Below, in pieces: positions 52,285-64,000 of a stretch of 64,000 nt of DNA. Both the position numbers and the translations under genes were made by a program. The first letter of the stretch is position 1. Every line of letters begins with the position of its first letter. A model generated the notes under the pieces. That model searched no databases. It had not been told where the DNA came from and was given only the letters and a program-made list of their open reading frames with translations. Origin of the DNA: Eledone cirrhosa (taxonomy: Eukaryota); the NCBI GenBank assembly GCA_964016885.1, contig OZ024742.1, positions 346,022,001 to 346,086,000 of the forward strand. The letters run 5' to 3'.

Positions 52285-54161
52285 GTGCTTTTAATGTTGG
52301 TAGAGGAAAGTACACATTGGATAATATAGTCTTACAAACTTAAAAACAACGCTGTGATGGCTGAAGTGCTTTTAATGATGGTAGAGGAAAGTACACATTG
52401 GATAATATAGTCTTACAAACTTAAAAACGACGGTGTAATGGCTGAAGTGCTTTTAATGTTAGTAGAGGAAGGTACACATTGGATAATATAGTCTTACAAA
52501 CTTAAAAACGACGGTGTGATGGCTGAAGTGCTTTTAATGTTGGTAGAGGAAAGTACACATTGGATAATATAGTCTTACAAACTTAAAAACGACGGTGTGA
52601 TGGCTGAAGTGCTTTTAATGTTGGTAGAGGAAAGTACACATTGGATAATATAGTCTTACAAACTTAAAAACGACGGTGTGATGGCTGAAGTGCTTTTAAT
52701 GTTGGTAGAGGAAAGTACACATTGGATAATATAGTCTTACAAACTTAAAAACGACGGTGTGATAGCTGAAGTGCTTTTAATGTTGGTAGAGGAAAGTACA
52801 CATTGGATAATATAGTCTTACAAACTTAAAAACGACGGTGTGATGGCTGAAGTGCTTTTAATGTTGGTAGAGGAAAGTACACATCGGATAATATAGTCTT
52901 ACAAACTTAAAAACGACGGTGTGATGGCTGAAGTGCTTTTAATGTTGGTAGAGGAAAGTACACATCGGACAATATAGTCTTACAAACTTAAAAACGACGG
53001 TGTGATAGCTGAAGTGCTTTTAATGATGGTAGAGGAAAGTACACATTGGATAATATAGTCTTACAAACTTAAAAACGACGGTGTGATAGCTGAAGTGCTT
53101 TTAATGATGGTAGAGGAAAGTACACATTGGATAATATAGTCTTACAAACTTAAAAACGACGGTGTGATGGCTGAAGTGCTTTTAATGTTGGTAGAGGAAA
53201 GTACACATCGGATAATATAGTCTTACAAACTTAAAAACGACGGTGTGATGGCTGAAGTGCTTTTCATGTTGGTAGAGGAAAGTACACATCGGATAATATA
53301 GTCTTACAAACTTAAAAACGACGGTGTGATGGCTGAAGTGCTTTTAATGTTGGTAGAGGAAAGTACACATTGGATAATATAGTCTTACAAACTTAAAAAC
53401 AACGGTGTGATGGCTGAAGTGCTTTTAATGATGGTAGAGGAAAGTACACATTGGATAATATAGTCTTACAAACTTAAAAACGACGGTGTGATGGCTGAAG
53501 TGCTTTTAATGTTAGTAGAGGAAGGTACACATTGGATAATATAGTCTTACAAACTTAAAAACGACGGTGTGATGGCTGAAGTGCTTTTAATGTTGGTAGA
53601 GGAAAGTACACATTGGATAATATAGTCTTACAAACTTAAAAACGACGGTGTGATGGCTGAAGTGCTTTTAATGTTGGTAGAGGAAAGTACACATTGGATA
53701 ATATAGTCTTACAAACTTAAAAACGACGGTGTGATAGCTGAAGTGCTTTTAATGATGGTAGAGGAAAGTACACATTGGATAATATAGTCTTACAAACTTA
53801 AAAACGACGGTGTGATGGCTGAAGTGCTTTTAATGTTAGTAGAGGAAGGTACACATCGGATAATATAGTCTTACAAACTTAAAAACGACGGTGTGATGGC
53901 TGAAGTGCTTTTAATGTTGGTAGAGGAAAGTACACATTGGATAATATAGTCTTACAAACTTAAAAACGACGGTGTGATGGCTGAAGTGCTTTTAATGTTG
54001 GTAGAGGAAAGTACACATTGGATAATATAGTCTTACAAACTTAAAAACAACGGTGTGATGGCTGAAGTGCTTTTAATGTTGGTAGAGGAAAGTACACATT
54101 GGTTAATATAGTCTTACAAACTTAAAAACGAAGGTGTGATGGCTGAAGTGCTTTTAATGAT
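52285..54161 (+). repeat. 81-bp tandem repeat, ~23 highly similar copies
   Basis: gtgcttttaatgttggtagaggaaagtacacattggataatatagtcttacaaacttaaaaacgacggtgtgatggctgaa; period 81 at 52285/52366. Confidence 0.95.
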
Positions 54162-54871
54162 GTCTCTTGAAAACTAAAGCTAAATAACAACCAGAACATG
54201 ATTACCTCTCCAACCAATTACCTTAATAGCTGTTAAATCAATAGTTCCTCATAAACTATTTATTCCTGTATGATATGACATAGTGAAGGTATTGAAGTAT
54301 CAATCATCACTGTAATCAGCACCTTCGATCATATTGATTTTCTATGAGAAATAAATTGGAAATTTGCCCTAGGTTAGATTAGATCAGATAACTCCCCTCC
54401 GGTTTGTTAATTCAAGACTCCGTAGTTTACGGAACTCAAAAATAGAATATTTTCAGTCGAATCAGTTATAAATCTCGCCAATAATCAAGTTATTGGACGA
54501 GAATGAGATTGACTCTTGTATAGAGTTCCAAATTCTACAAATTGATTGTAAATTAAAGAATGTCCTCTTCTCGTTATCAAGAGTTGACGTTGGGTGAGGT
54601 CTTACCAAATAGTTCTTAGATGTCTCAATTGAAAAGTCGTGAATGTGTTTCTTTTTAACTGTGTAATGCTACTTGTTTCTCCGACAGCTACAGGACAATC
54701 ATCTTGTTATGTACTTCATTATAACAGGTTAATTTAAGCCACCCAGCCATGTGCTCTTAACTTCTAATGGTGTCGTAGGGATCGCCGTCCTGGCATACGT
54801 TGTGTCTTGGGTGTTTAAACTTGAGGGAGCAGCCCATCACTCTCTGGGTCTGAACATAGCCAATTTCTCCC

Positions 54872-54879
54872 GAGAGAGA

Positions 54880-54925
<46 letters not shown>

Positions 54926-55149
54926 AGAAAGAGAGGGAGAAGTGAGAGAGAGATAAGTGAGAAAGAGAGAGAGAGGGGTGTAGAGAGAGGGAGAGAGAGA
55001 GAGAAGTGAGAGAGAGAGGAATGAAAAAGAGAGAGAAGTAAGAAAGAGAGAGAAAGAAGTGAGAAAGAGAGAGAGAGAGGGAGAGAGAAAGAAAGAGAGA
55101 GAGAGAGAAGTGAGAGAGAGAGTCGAGTGAGAGAGAGAGAAGTAATAAA

Positions 55150-55190
<41 letters not shown>

Positions 55191-55212
55191 GGGGAGTGAG
55201 ATATAGAGAGAA
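54872..55212. repeat. (GA)n-rich tract
   Basis: Read directly. Confidence 0.95.
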
Positions 55213-55379
55213 AAAACTCAATCCCAGTTGACCTGGGCGTTATTTGGGATCATATCATAGAGAGCCGGAAAAATAGAGCAAAACATTTTATCTGACGTTC
55301 TCACGACTCTGCCACCTGACCACCTTAACAGGTGAATACAGGGTCTCTAGTGTCAGTTTAACCCACATCTGCAGAAATA

Positions 55380-55527
55380 TTGGTTTCTGATTTAAGTACA
55401 AGGCCAACAATTTTGGGGGAGGAGAAAGTCGATTAAATTGACCCCCCCCCCAGTGCATTACTGGTATTTATTTTATCGATCTCTGTAAGGATGAAAGGCA
55501 AAGATAACCTCGGTAGAATTTGAACTC
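55380..55527 (-). mobile_element. SINE family A fragment (another at 55962-56105)
   Basis: cagtgcattactggta..aaggatgaaaggcaaag..tttgaactc. Confidence 0.8.
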
Positions 55528-56329
55528 CCGTCCTAAATTATTAGGACACTCTTACTGAGATTGAACCCCAGATCAGGATCTCCATCGTCTCTAATACCTA
55601 CCACTAGACTACTGAGACGGTTACAAACACATCTTCAGGAATAATAAAAGAAAGGACGTCTAGAACCATTCGTTGTCCTTTGGAAGCCATGTCTACGTGT
55701 TTCACCACAGCGGAATGTCGGTTCCAAAATAAGTTAGAATGGGACTAATCCTCCACTATATCGCAGTCAATTCTGAACGAGAAAAAAACAAAACAAAACA
55801 ACACACACACACACACACGCACATGTATCCATGATTTGTCAGGTGAAAGGTAAAGTTGCCCGTGGTGGGATTCTAACAGACTTACCAACTTGCCCCCAAA
55901 TATCACATCCCAGTGTATTCGATGATATAACGACTCAGCTCCTTCGAAGAATAAATAATAAATAATTGTTTCTACATTTGGCACAAGGTCAGCAATAACC
56001 CAGTGCATTACTGGTACTTTATTTTATCGACCCCGTAAGGATGAAAGGCAAAGTTAACCTCAGCGGATTTGAACTCAGTCTGTAAAGGGACGTAACTATG
56101 CTGGAATAAATAATAAATAATATAAATAGAAACGTATAGTTTATATGAAGTATTGAGTGTGGATATGTGGTTATGGTTGTTTTGGGGGAAAAGCTGCTAC
56201 AATGCCAGTTAGAAATACAAGAGTGAAAACTAGAGTAAACTAAGAAAAACAATGCAAAAGAAACAATTTAAACCTTTACATTATATTTCATGATATTTCG
56301 ATATTGTGAACTATAAAGTGACAGAGAGG

Positions 56330-56560
56330 AAACTGTGGTTAGCTGGACAAACTCATCGACATTAAGAGCTGACGCTGCACCCATTGGTCATGTGGGAGAC
56401 TCAACACGGACACACTAGAAGAGGGAATCCGAAGATGACATATGTTGATACCCTAAGGATAGACACTAGTCTCCAGGAGACACGGCACGGGACATAGCGG
56501 CGATAATGAATGAGAGAGACCGCTGGAAAGGACTCTTCTATGGATCTCGAGAATTCTACC
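56330..56560 (+). mobile_element. RTE-like LINE 3' fragment
   Basis: WETQHGHTRRGNPKMTYVDTLRIDT..MNERDRW. Confidence 0.6.
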
Positions 56561-56579
56561 CGCCCTAAAAAAGAAACAA

Positions 56580-56775
56580 ACACATGGTTTAGTGGATTTG
56601 TGGTTAGTGTGTTCCGCTCAGGTGTTATGACCTTGAGCAAGATCCTCTGTATTACGATGCTCCAGTCCATTCAGCTGACAAACATGAGTTGTACTGAGAT
56701 GTACATGTAACACAAAGGGTCATCCTTGTCACACAGCGTGACATGATGTAACTTTGAGTTCCAGGTACAATTGAA
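56580..56775 (+). mobile_element. SINE family B, degraded
   Basis: tggtttagtgg.. head, ccttgagcaaga, gctccagtccattcagctg. Confidence 0.6.
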
Positions 56776-56854
56776 TTACACTCACACACTCACACAAACA
56801 CACTCACACACAGACACACACATTCACACACTCACACACACTCACACAGCTCAC

Positions 56855-59800
56855 AGAGTTAGTAGTGTGAGTTAGTGGTGTGAGTTAGTGGTGTGAGTTA
56901 GTAGTGTGAGTTAGTGGTGTTAGTTAGTAGTGTGAGTTAGTAGTGTGAGTTAGTAGTGTGAGTTAGTGGTGTGAGTTAGTAGTGTGAGTTAGTAGTGTGA
57001 GTTAGTAGTGTGAGTTAGTAGTGTGAGTTAGTAGTGTGAGTTAGTAGTGTGAGTTAGTAGTGTGAGTTAGTGGTGTGAGTTAGTGGTGTTAGTTAGTAGT
57101 GTGAGTTAGTAGTGTGAGTTAGTAGTGTGAGTTAGTAGTGTGAGTTAGTAGTGTGAGTTAGTAGTGTGAGTTAGTAGTGTGAGTTAGTAGTGTGAGTTAG
57201 TAGTGTGAGTTAGTAGTGTGAGTTAGTAGTGTGAGTTAGTAGTGTGAGTTAGTAGTGTGAGTTAGTAGTGTGAGTTAGTGGTGTTAGTTAGTAGTGTGAG
57301 TTAGTGGTGTGAGTTAGTACTGTGAGTTAGTAGTGTGAGTTAGTAGTGTGAGTTAGTAGTGTGAGTTAGTGGTGTGAGTTAGTAGTGTGAGTTAGTGGTG
57401 TGAGTTAGTACTGTGAGTTAGTAGTGTGAGTTAGTAGTGTGAGTTAGTAGTGTGAGTTAGTGGTGTGAGTTAGTAGTGTGAGTTAGTGGTGTGAGTTAGT
57501 AGTGTGAGTTAGTGGTGTGAGTTAGTAGTGTGAGTTAGTAGTGTGAGTTAGTGGTGTGAGTTAGTAGTGTGAGTTAGTACTGTGAGTTAGTAGTGTGAGT
57601 TAGTAGTGTGAGTTAGTAGTGTGAGTTAGTAGTGTGAGTTAGTGGTGTGAGTTAGTAGTGTGAGTTAGTGGTGTGAGTTAGTAGTGTGAGTTAGTAGTGT
57701 GAGTTAGTAGTGTGAGTTAGTAGTGTGAGTTAGTAGTGTGAGTTAGTAGTGTGAGTTAGTAGTGTGAGTTAGTAGTGTGAGTATGTAGTGTGAGTTAGTA
57801 GTGTGAGTTAGTAGTGTGAGTTAGTAGTGTGAGTTAGTGGTGTGAGTTAGTAGTGTGAGTTAGTAGTGTGAGTTAGTAGTGTGAGTATGTAGTGTGAGTT
57901 AGTAGTGTGAGTTAGTAGTGTGAGTTAGTAGTGTGAGTTAGTGTGTGAGTTAGTAGTGTGAGTTAGTAGTGTGAGTTAGTAGTGTGAGTTAGTAGTGTGA
58001 GTTAGTAGTGTGAGTTAGTAGTGTGAGTTAGTAGTGTGAGTTAGTAGTGTGAGTATGTAGTGTGAGTTAGTAGTGTGAGTTAGTAGTGTGAGTTAGTAGT
58101 GTGAGTTAGTGGTGTGAGTTAGTAGTGTGAGTTAGTAGTGTGAGTTAGTAGTGTGAGTATGTAGTGTGAGTTAGTAGTGTGAGTTAGTAGTGTGAGTTAG
58201 TGGTGTGAGTTAGTAGTGTGAGTTAGTAGTGTGAGTTAGTAGTGTGAGTTAGTAGTGTGAGTTAGTAGTGTGAGTTAGTGGTGTGAGTTAGTAGTGTGAG
58301 TTAGTAGTGTGAGTTAGTAGTGTGAGTATGTAGTGTGAGTTAGTAGTGTGAGTTAGTAGTGTGAGTTAGTAGTGTGAGTATGTAGTGTGAGTTAGTAGTG
58401 TGAGTTAGTAGTGTGAGTTAGTGGTGTGAGTATGTAGTGTGAGTTAGTAGTGTGAGTTAGTGGTGTGAGTATGTAGTGTGAGTTAGTAGTGTGAGTTAGT
58501 AGTGTGAGTATGTAGTGTGAGTTAGTAGTGTGAGTTAGTAGTGTGAGTTAGTGTGTGAGTATGTAGTGTGAGTTAGTAGTGTGAGTTAGTGGTGTGAGTT
58601 AGTGTGTGTTAGTACTGTGAGTAGTAGTGTGAGTTAGTAGTGTGAGTTAGTGGTGTGAGTTAGTGGTGTTAGTTAGTACTGTGAGTTAGTAGTGTGAGTT
58701 AGTAGTGTGAGTTAGTAGTGTGAGTTAGTGGTGTGAGTTAGTAGTGTGAGTTAGTAGTGTGAGTTAGTAGTGTGAGTTAGTGGTGTGAGTTAGTAGTGTG
58801 AGTTAGTAGTGTGAGTTAGTAGTGTGAGTTAGTAGTGTGAGTTAGTGGTGTGAGTTAGTAGTGTGAGTTAGTGGTGTGAGTTAGTAGTGTTAGTTAGTAG
58901 TGTGAGTTAGTTAGTGAGTTAGTGGGTGAGTTAGTAGTGTGAGTTAGTGGTGTGAGTTAGTAGTGTGAGTTAGTAGTGTGAGTTAGTAGTGTGAGTTAGT
59001 GGTGTGAGTTAGTAGTGTGAGTTAGTAGTGTGAGTTAGTAGTGTGAGTTAGTAGTGTGAGTTAGTGGTGTGAGTTAGTAGTGTGAGTTAGTAGTGTGAGT
59101 TAGTAGTGTGAGTTAGTAGTGTGAGTTAGTGGTGTGAGTTAGTAGTGTGAGTTAGTGTGTGAGTTAGTAGTGTGAGTTAGTAGTGTGAGTTAGTAGTGTG
59201 AGTTAGTAGTGTGAGTATGTAGTGTGAGTTAGTAGTGTGAGTTAGTAGTGTGAGTAGTGGTGTGAGTAGTAGTGTGAGTTAGTAGTGTGAGTTAGTGGTG
59301 TGAGTTAGTAGCTGTGAGTTAGTAGTGTGAGTTAGTAGTGTGAGTTAGTAGTGTGAGTTAGTGGTGTGAGTTAGTAGTGTGAGTTAGTAGTGTGAGTAGT
59401 GGTGTGAGTGTAGTGTGAGTTAGTAGTGTGAGTTAGTAGTGTGAGTTAGTAGTGTGAGTAGTAGTGTGAGTTAGTAGTGTGAGTTAGTAGTGTGAGTTAG
59501 TGGTGTGAGTTAGTAGTGTGAGTTAGTGGTGTGAGTTAGTGGTGTGAGTTAGTAGTGTGAGTTAGTAGTGTGAGTATGTAGTGTGTGTTAGTAGTGTGAG
59601 TTAGTAGTGTGAGTTAGTAGTGTGAGTTAGTAGTGTGAGTTAGTGGTGTGAGTTAGTAGTGTGAGTTAGTAGTGTGAGTTAGTAGTGTGTGTTAGTAGTG
59701 TGAGTTAGTAGTGTGAGTTAGTAGTGTGAGTTAGTAGTGTGAGTTAGTAGTGTGAGTTAGTGGTGTGAGTTAGTGGTGTGAGTTAGTAGTGTGAGTTAGT

Positions 59801-62800
59801 AGTGTGAGTTAGTGGTGTGAGTTTGTAGTGTGAGTTAGTAGTGTGAGTTAGTGTGTGAGTTAGTAGTGTGAGTTAGTGGTGTGAGTTAGTAGTGTGAGTT
59901 AGTAGTGTGAGTTAGTAGTGTGAGTTAGTTAGTGTGAGTTAGTAGGTGTGAGTTAGTAGTGTGAGTTAGTGTGTGAGTTAGTGGTGTGAGTTAGTAGTGT
60001 GAGTTAGTAGTGTGAGTTAGTGGTGTGAGTTAGTAGTGTGAGTTAGTAGTGTGAGTTAGTAGTGTGAGTTAGTAGTGTGAGTTAGTGGTGTGAGTTAGTA
60101 GTGTGAGTTAGTGGTGTGAGTTAGTAGTGTGAGTTGTGTGTGAGTTAGTAGTGTGAGTTAGTAGTGTGAGTTAGTAGTGTGAGTTAGTAGTGTGAGTTAG
60201 TAGTGTGAGTTAGTGTGTGAGTTAGTGTGTGAGTTTGTAGTGTGAGTTAGTGGTGAGTTAGTGTGTGAGTTAGTAGTGTGAGTTTGTAGTGTGAGTTAGT
60301 GGTGTGAGTAGTAGTGTGAGTTAGTAGTGTGAGTTAGTAGTGTGAGTTAGTAGTGTGAGTTAGTAGTGTGAGTTAGTAGGTGTGAGTTAGTAGTGTGAGT
60401 TAGTGGTGTGGTTGTAGTGGTTAGTAGTGTGAGTTAGTTGTGTGAGTTGTAGTGGGAGTTAGTAGTGTGAGTTAGTAGTGTGAGTTGTAGTGTGAGTTAG
60501 TAGTGTGAGTTAGTGTGTGTGTTAGGGGTGTTAGTTGTTGTGTGGTTGTGTTAGTGTGGGTGTTGTTTGTTGTGGTAGTAGTGTGAGTTAGTGGTGGTTG
60601 TTGTGTGGTAGTAGTGTGAGTTGGGGGTGTAGTGTGAGTTAGTAGTGTGAGTTAGTAGTGTGAGTTAGTAGTGTGAGTTAGTAGTGTGAGTTAGTAGTGT
60701 GAGTTAGTGTGTGAGTTAGTAGTGTGAGTTGTGTGTGAGTTAGTAGTGGTGGTGTTGTGTGGTGGGAGGTGGTGTGTGAGTTAGGTGGTGGGTGGTTGGT
60801 GGTGTGAGTTAGTAGTGTGAGTTAGTGGTGTGAGGTAGTGGTGTGAGGGGGGTGGGTGGTAGGGTGTGTGTTTGTAGTGTGAGTTAGTGGGTGTGAGGTA
60901 GGTAGTGTGAGTTAGTAGTGTGAGTAGTGGTGGAGTTAGTGTGTGGTTAGTAGTGTGAGTTAGTAGTGGGTGTGAGTTAGGTGAGTAGTGGTAGTGGGTA
61001 GTAGTAGTGAGTTAGTAGTGTGAGTAGTGGTGTGGTATGTAGTGTGAGTTAGTAGTGTGAGTTAGTGGTGTTAGTTAGTAGTGTGAGTTAGTAGTGTGAG
61101 TTAGTGGTGTGAGTTAGTGTGTGAGTTAGTAGTGGTGGAGTTAGTGGTGTGAGTTAGTGGTGTTAGTTGTAGTGTGAGTTAGTAGTGTGTGGTTAGTGGT
61201 GTGAGTAGTAGTGGTGTAGGTTAGTAGTGTGTAGTAGTGTGAGTTAGTAGTGTGAGTTAGTGTAGTGTAGTAGTGTGTGAGTTAGTANNNNNNNNNNNNN
61301 NNNNNNNNNNNNNNNNNNNNNNNNNNNNNNNNNNNNNNNNNNNNNNNNNNNNNNNNNNNNNNNNNNNNNNNNNNNNNNNNNNNNNNNNNNNNNNNNNNNN
61401 NNNNNNNNNNNNNNNNNNNNNNNNNNNNNNNNNNNNNNNNNNNNNNNNNNNNNNNNNNNNNNNNNNNNNNNNNNNNNNNNNNNNNNNGTGAGTTAGTAGT
61501 GTGAGTTAGTAGTGTGAGTTAGTAGTGTGAGTTAGTAGTGTTAGTTAGTAGTGTGAGTTAGTAGTGTGAGTTAGTAGTGTGAGTTAGTAGTGTGAGTTAG
61601 TGGTGTGAGTTAGTAGTGTGAGTTAGTAGTGTGAGTTAGTGGTGTGAGTTAGTAGTGTGAGTTAGTAGTGTGAGTTAGTAGTGTGAGTTAGTAGTGTGAG
61701 TTAGTAGTGTGAGTTAGTAGTGTGAGTTAGTAGTGTGAGTTAGTGGTGTGAGTTAGTGGTGTGAGTTAGTAGTGTGAGTTAGTGGTGTGAGTTAGTAGTG
61801 TGAGTTAGTGGTGTGAGTTAGTAGTGTGAGTTAGTAGTGTGAGTTAGTAGTGTGAGTTAGTAGTGTGAGTTAGTAGTGTGAGTTAGTGGTGTGAGTTATT
61901 GGTGTGAGTTAGTAGTGTGAGTTAGTAGTGTGAGTTAGTAGTGTGAGTTAGTAGTGTGAGTTAGTAGTGTGAGTTAGTAGTGTGAGTTAGTAGTGTGAGT
62001 TAGTAGTGTGAGTTAGTGGTGTGAGTTATTGGTGTGAGTTAGTAGTGTGAGTTAGTAGTGTGAGTTAGTAGTGTGAGTTAGTAGTGTGAGTTAGTAGTGT
62101 GAGTTAGTAGTGTGAGTTAGTAGTGTGAGTTAGTGGTGTGAGTTAGTAGTGTTAGTTAGTAGTGTGAGTTAGTAGTGTGAGTTAGTGGTGTGAGTTAGTG
62201 GTGTGAGTTAGTGGTGTGAGTTAGTGGTGTGAGTTAGTAGTGTGAGTTAGTAGTGTGAGTTAGTGGTGTGAGTTAGTGGTGTGAGTTAGTGGTGTGAGTT
62301 AGTGGTGTGAGTTAGTGGTGTGAGTTAGTAGTGTGAGTTAGTGGTGTGAGTTAGTGGTGTGAGTTAGTGGTGTGAGTTAGTGGTGTGAGTTAGTGGTGTG
62401 AGTTAGTGGTGTGAGTTAGTGGTGTGAGTTAGTGGTGTGAGTTAGTAGTGTGAGTTAGTAGTGTGAGTTAGTGGTGTGAGTTAGTGGTGTGAGTTAGTGG
62501 TGTGAGTTAGTGGTGTGAGTTAGTGGTGTGAGTTAGTAGTGTGAGTTAGTAGTGTGAGTTAGTGGTGTGAGTTAGTGGTGTGAGTTAGTGGTGTTAGTTA
62601 GTGGTGTGAGTTAGTACTGTGAGTTAGTAGTGTGAGTTAGTGGTGTGAGTTAGTGGTGTGAGTTAGTGGTGTGAGTTAGTAGTGTGAGTTAGTGGTGTGA
62701 GTTAGTGGTGTGAGTTAGTAGTGTGAGTTAGTGGTGTGAGTTAGTGGTGTGAGTTAGTGGTGTGAGTTAGTAGTGTGAGTTAGTAGTGTGAGTTAGTAGT

Positions 62801-64000
62801 GTGAGTTAGTGGTGTGAGTTAGTGGTGTGAGTATGTAGTGTGAGTTAGTAGTGTGAGTTAGTGGTGTTAGTTAGTAGTGTGAGTTAGTAGTGTGAGTTAG
62901 TAGTGTGTGTTAGTGGTGTGAGTTAATAGTGTGAGTTAGTAGTGTGAGTTAGTGGTGTGAGTATGTAGTGTGAGTTAGTAGTGTGAGTTAGTGGTGTGAG
63001 TTAGTGGTGTGAGTTATTGGTGTGAGTTAGTAGTGTGAGTTAGTAGTGTGAGTTAGTAGTGTGAGTTAGTAGTGTGAGTTAGTAGTGTGAGTTAGTGGTG
63101 TGAGTTAGTACTGTGAGTTAGTGGTGTTAGTTAGTACTGTGAGTTAGTAGTGTGAGTTAGTGGTGTGAGTTAGTAGTGTGAGTTAGTGGTGTGAGTATGT
63201 AGTGTGAGTTAGTAGTGTGAGTTAGTGGTGTGAGTTAGTAGTGTGAGTTAGTAGTGTGAGTATGTAGTGTGAGTTAGTAGTGTGAGTTAGTGGTGTTAGT
63301 TAGTGGTGTGAGTTAGTACTGTGAGTTAGTAGTGTGAGTTAGTGGTGTGAGTTAGTAGTGTGAGTTAGTAGTGTGAGTTAGTACTGTGAGTTAGTAGTGT
63401 GAGTTAGTGGTGTGAGTTAGTAGTGTTAGTTAGTAGTGTGAGTTAGTAGTGTGAGTTAGTAGTGTGAGTTAGTAGTGTGAGTTAGTGGTGTGAGTTAGTG
63501 GTGTGAGTTAGTGGTGTGAGTTAGTAGTGTGAGTTAGTGGTGTGAGTTAGTAGTGTGAGTTAGTGGTGTGAGTTAGTAGTGTGAGTTAGTAGTGTGAGTT
63601 AGTAGTGTGAGTTAGTGGTGTGAGTTAGTAGTGTGAGTTAGTAGTGTGAGTTAGTAGTGTGAGTTAGTAGTGTGAGTTAGTAGGTGTGAGTTAGTAGTGT
63701 GAGTTAGTAGTGTGAGTTAGTAGGTGTGAGTTAGTAGTGTGAGTTAGTAGTGTGAGTTAGTAGTGTGAGTTAGTGGTGTGAGTTAGTAGTGTGAGTTAGT
63801 AGTGTGAGTTAGTAGTGTGAGTTAGTGGTGTGAGTTAGTAGTGTGAGTTAGTAGTGTGAGTTAGTGGTGTTAGTTAGTAGTGTGAGTTAGTGGTGTGAGT
63901 TAGTGGTGTGAGTTAGTGGTGTGAGTTAGTAGTGTGAGTTAGTGGTGTGAGTTAGTAGTGTGAGTTAGTACTGTGAGTATGTAGTGTGAGTTAGTAGTGT
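56855..64000 (+). repeat. 13-bp satellite (GTTAGTRGTGTGA)n, >7 kb, continues past the window end
   Basis: Two main variants gttagtagtgtga and gttagtggtgtga; plus strand almost free of C. Confidence 0.97.
61288..61487. other. Assembly gap (200 N)
   Basis: Run of N. Confidence 0.99.

Noticed and set aside
52285-54161. CRISPR-like appearance of the 81-bp, 41-bp and 16-bp arrays
   Set aside because: Head-to-tail units with no unique spacers, no cas genes, eukaryotic context
60400-61287. Apparent rapid divergence of the 13-bp satellite
   Set aside because: Lies directly before an N gap; most likely low-coverage read-end error
61273-61491. 72-aa ORF
   Set aside because: Consists of gap Ns

Overview
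This is AT-rich, microsatellite-dense eukaryotic DNA with no host gene that I can support. The tRNA-derived SINEs and the repeat landscape suggest a mollusc, probably an octopus, but that is inference only. Nearly all informative sequence is retroelement-derived. There are two Penelope-like elements (PLEs) with large inverted arms, plus other PLE fragments including a YRDDG-type RT. Two L1/Tx1-clade LINEs sit in tandem in (GATA)n, one full-length but decayed and one ORF1-only. The window also holds a stack of R4/Dong-like fragments, RTE fragments, a non-autonomous Helitron, two SINE families, several minisatellites, and a >7 kb G/T-rich 13-bp satellite that runs to the window end. The most striking signal is about a dozen sequence-unrelated type I hammerhead ribozyme folds, found by eye. 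They lie in PLE terminal repeats and in short, often palindromic elements embedded in (TA)n. Several have non-canonical cores shared across copies (CAGAAGA; UUGAAAA with GCAA; CCGAAG; pyrimidine-pyrimidine at the base of stem II; long stem II). There is also a candidate HDV-like ribozyme at an RTE 5' end. No folding program or database search was run.
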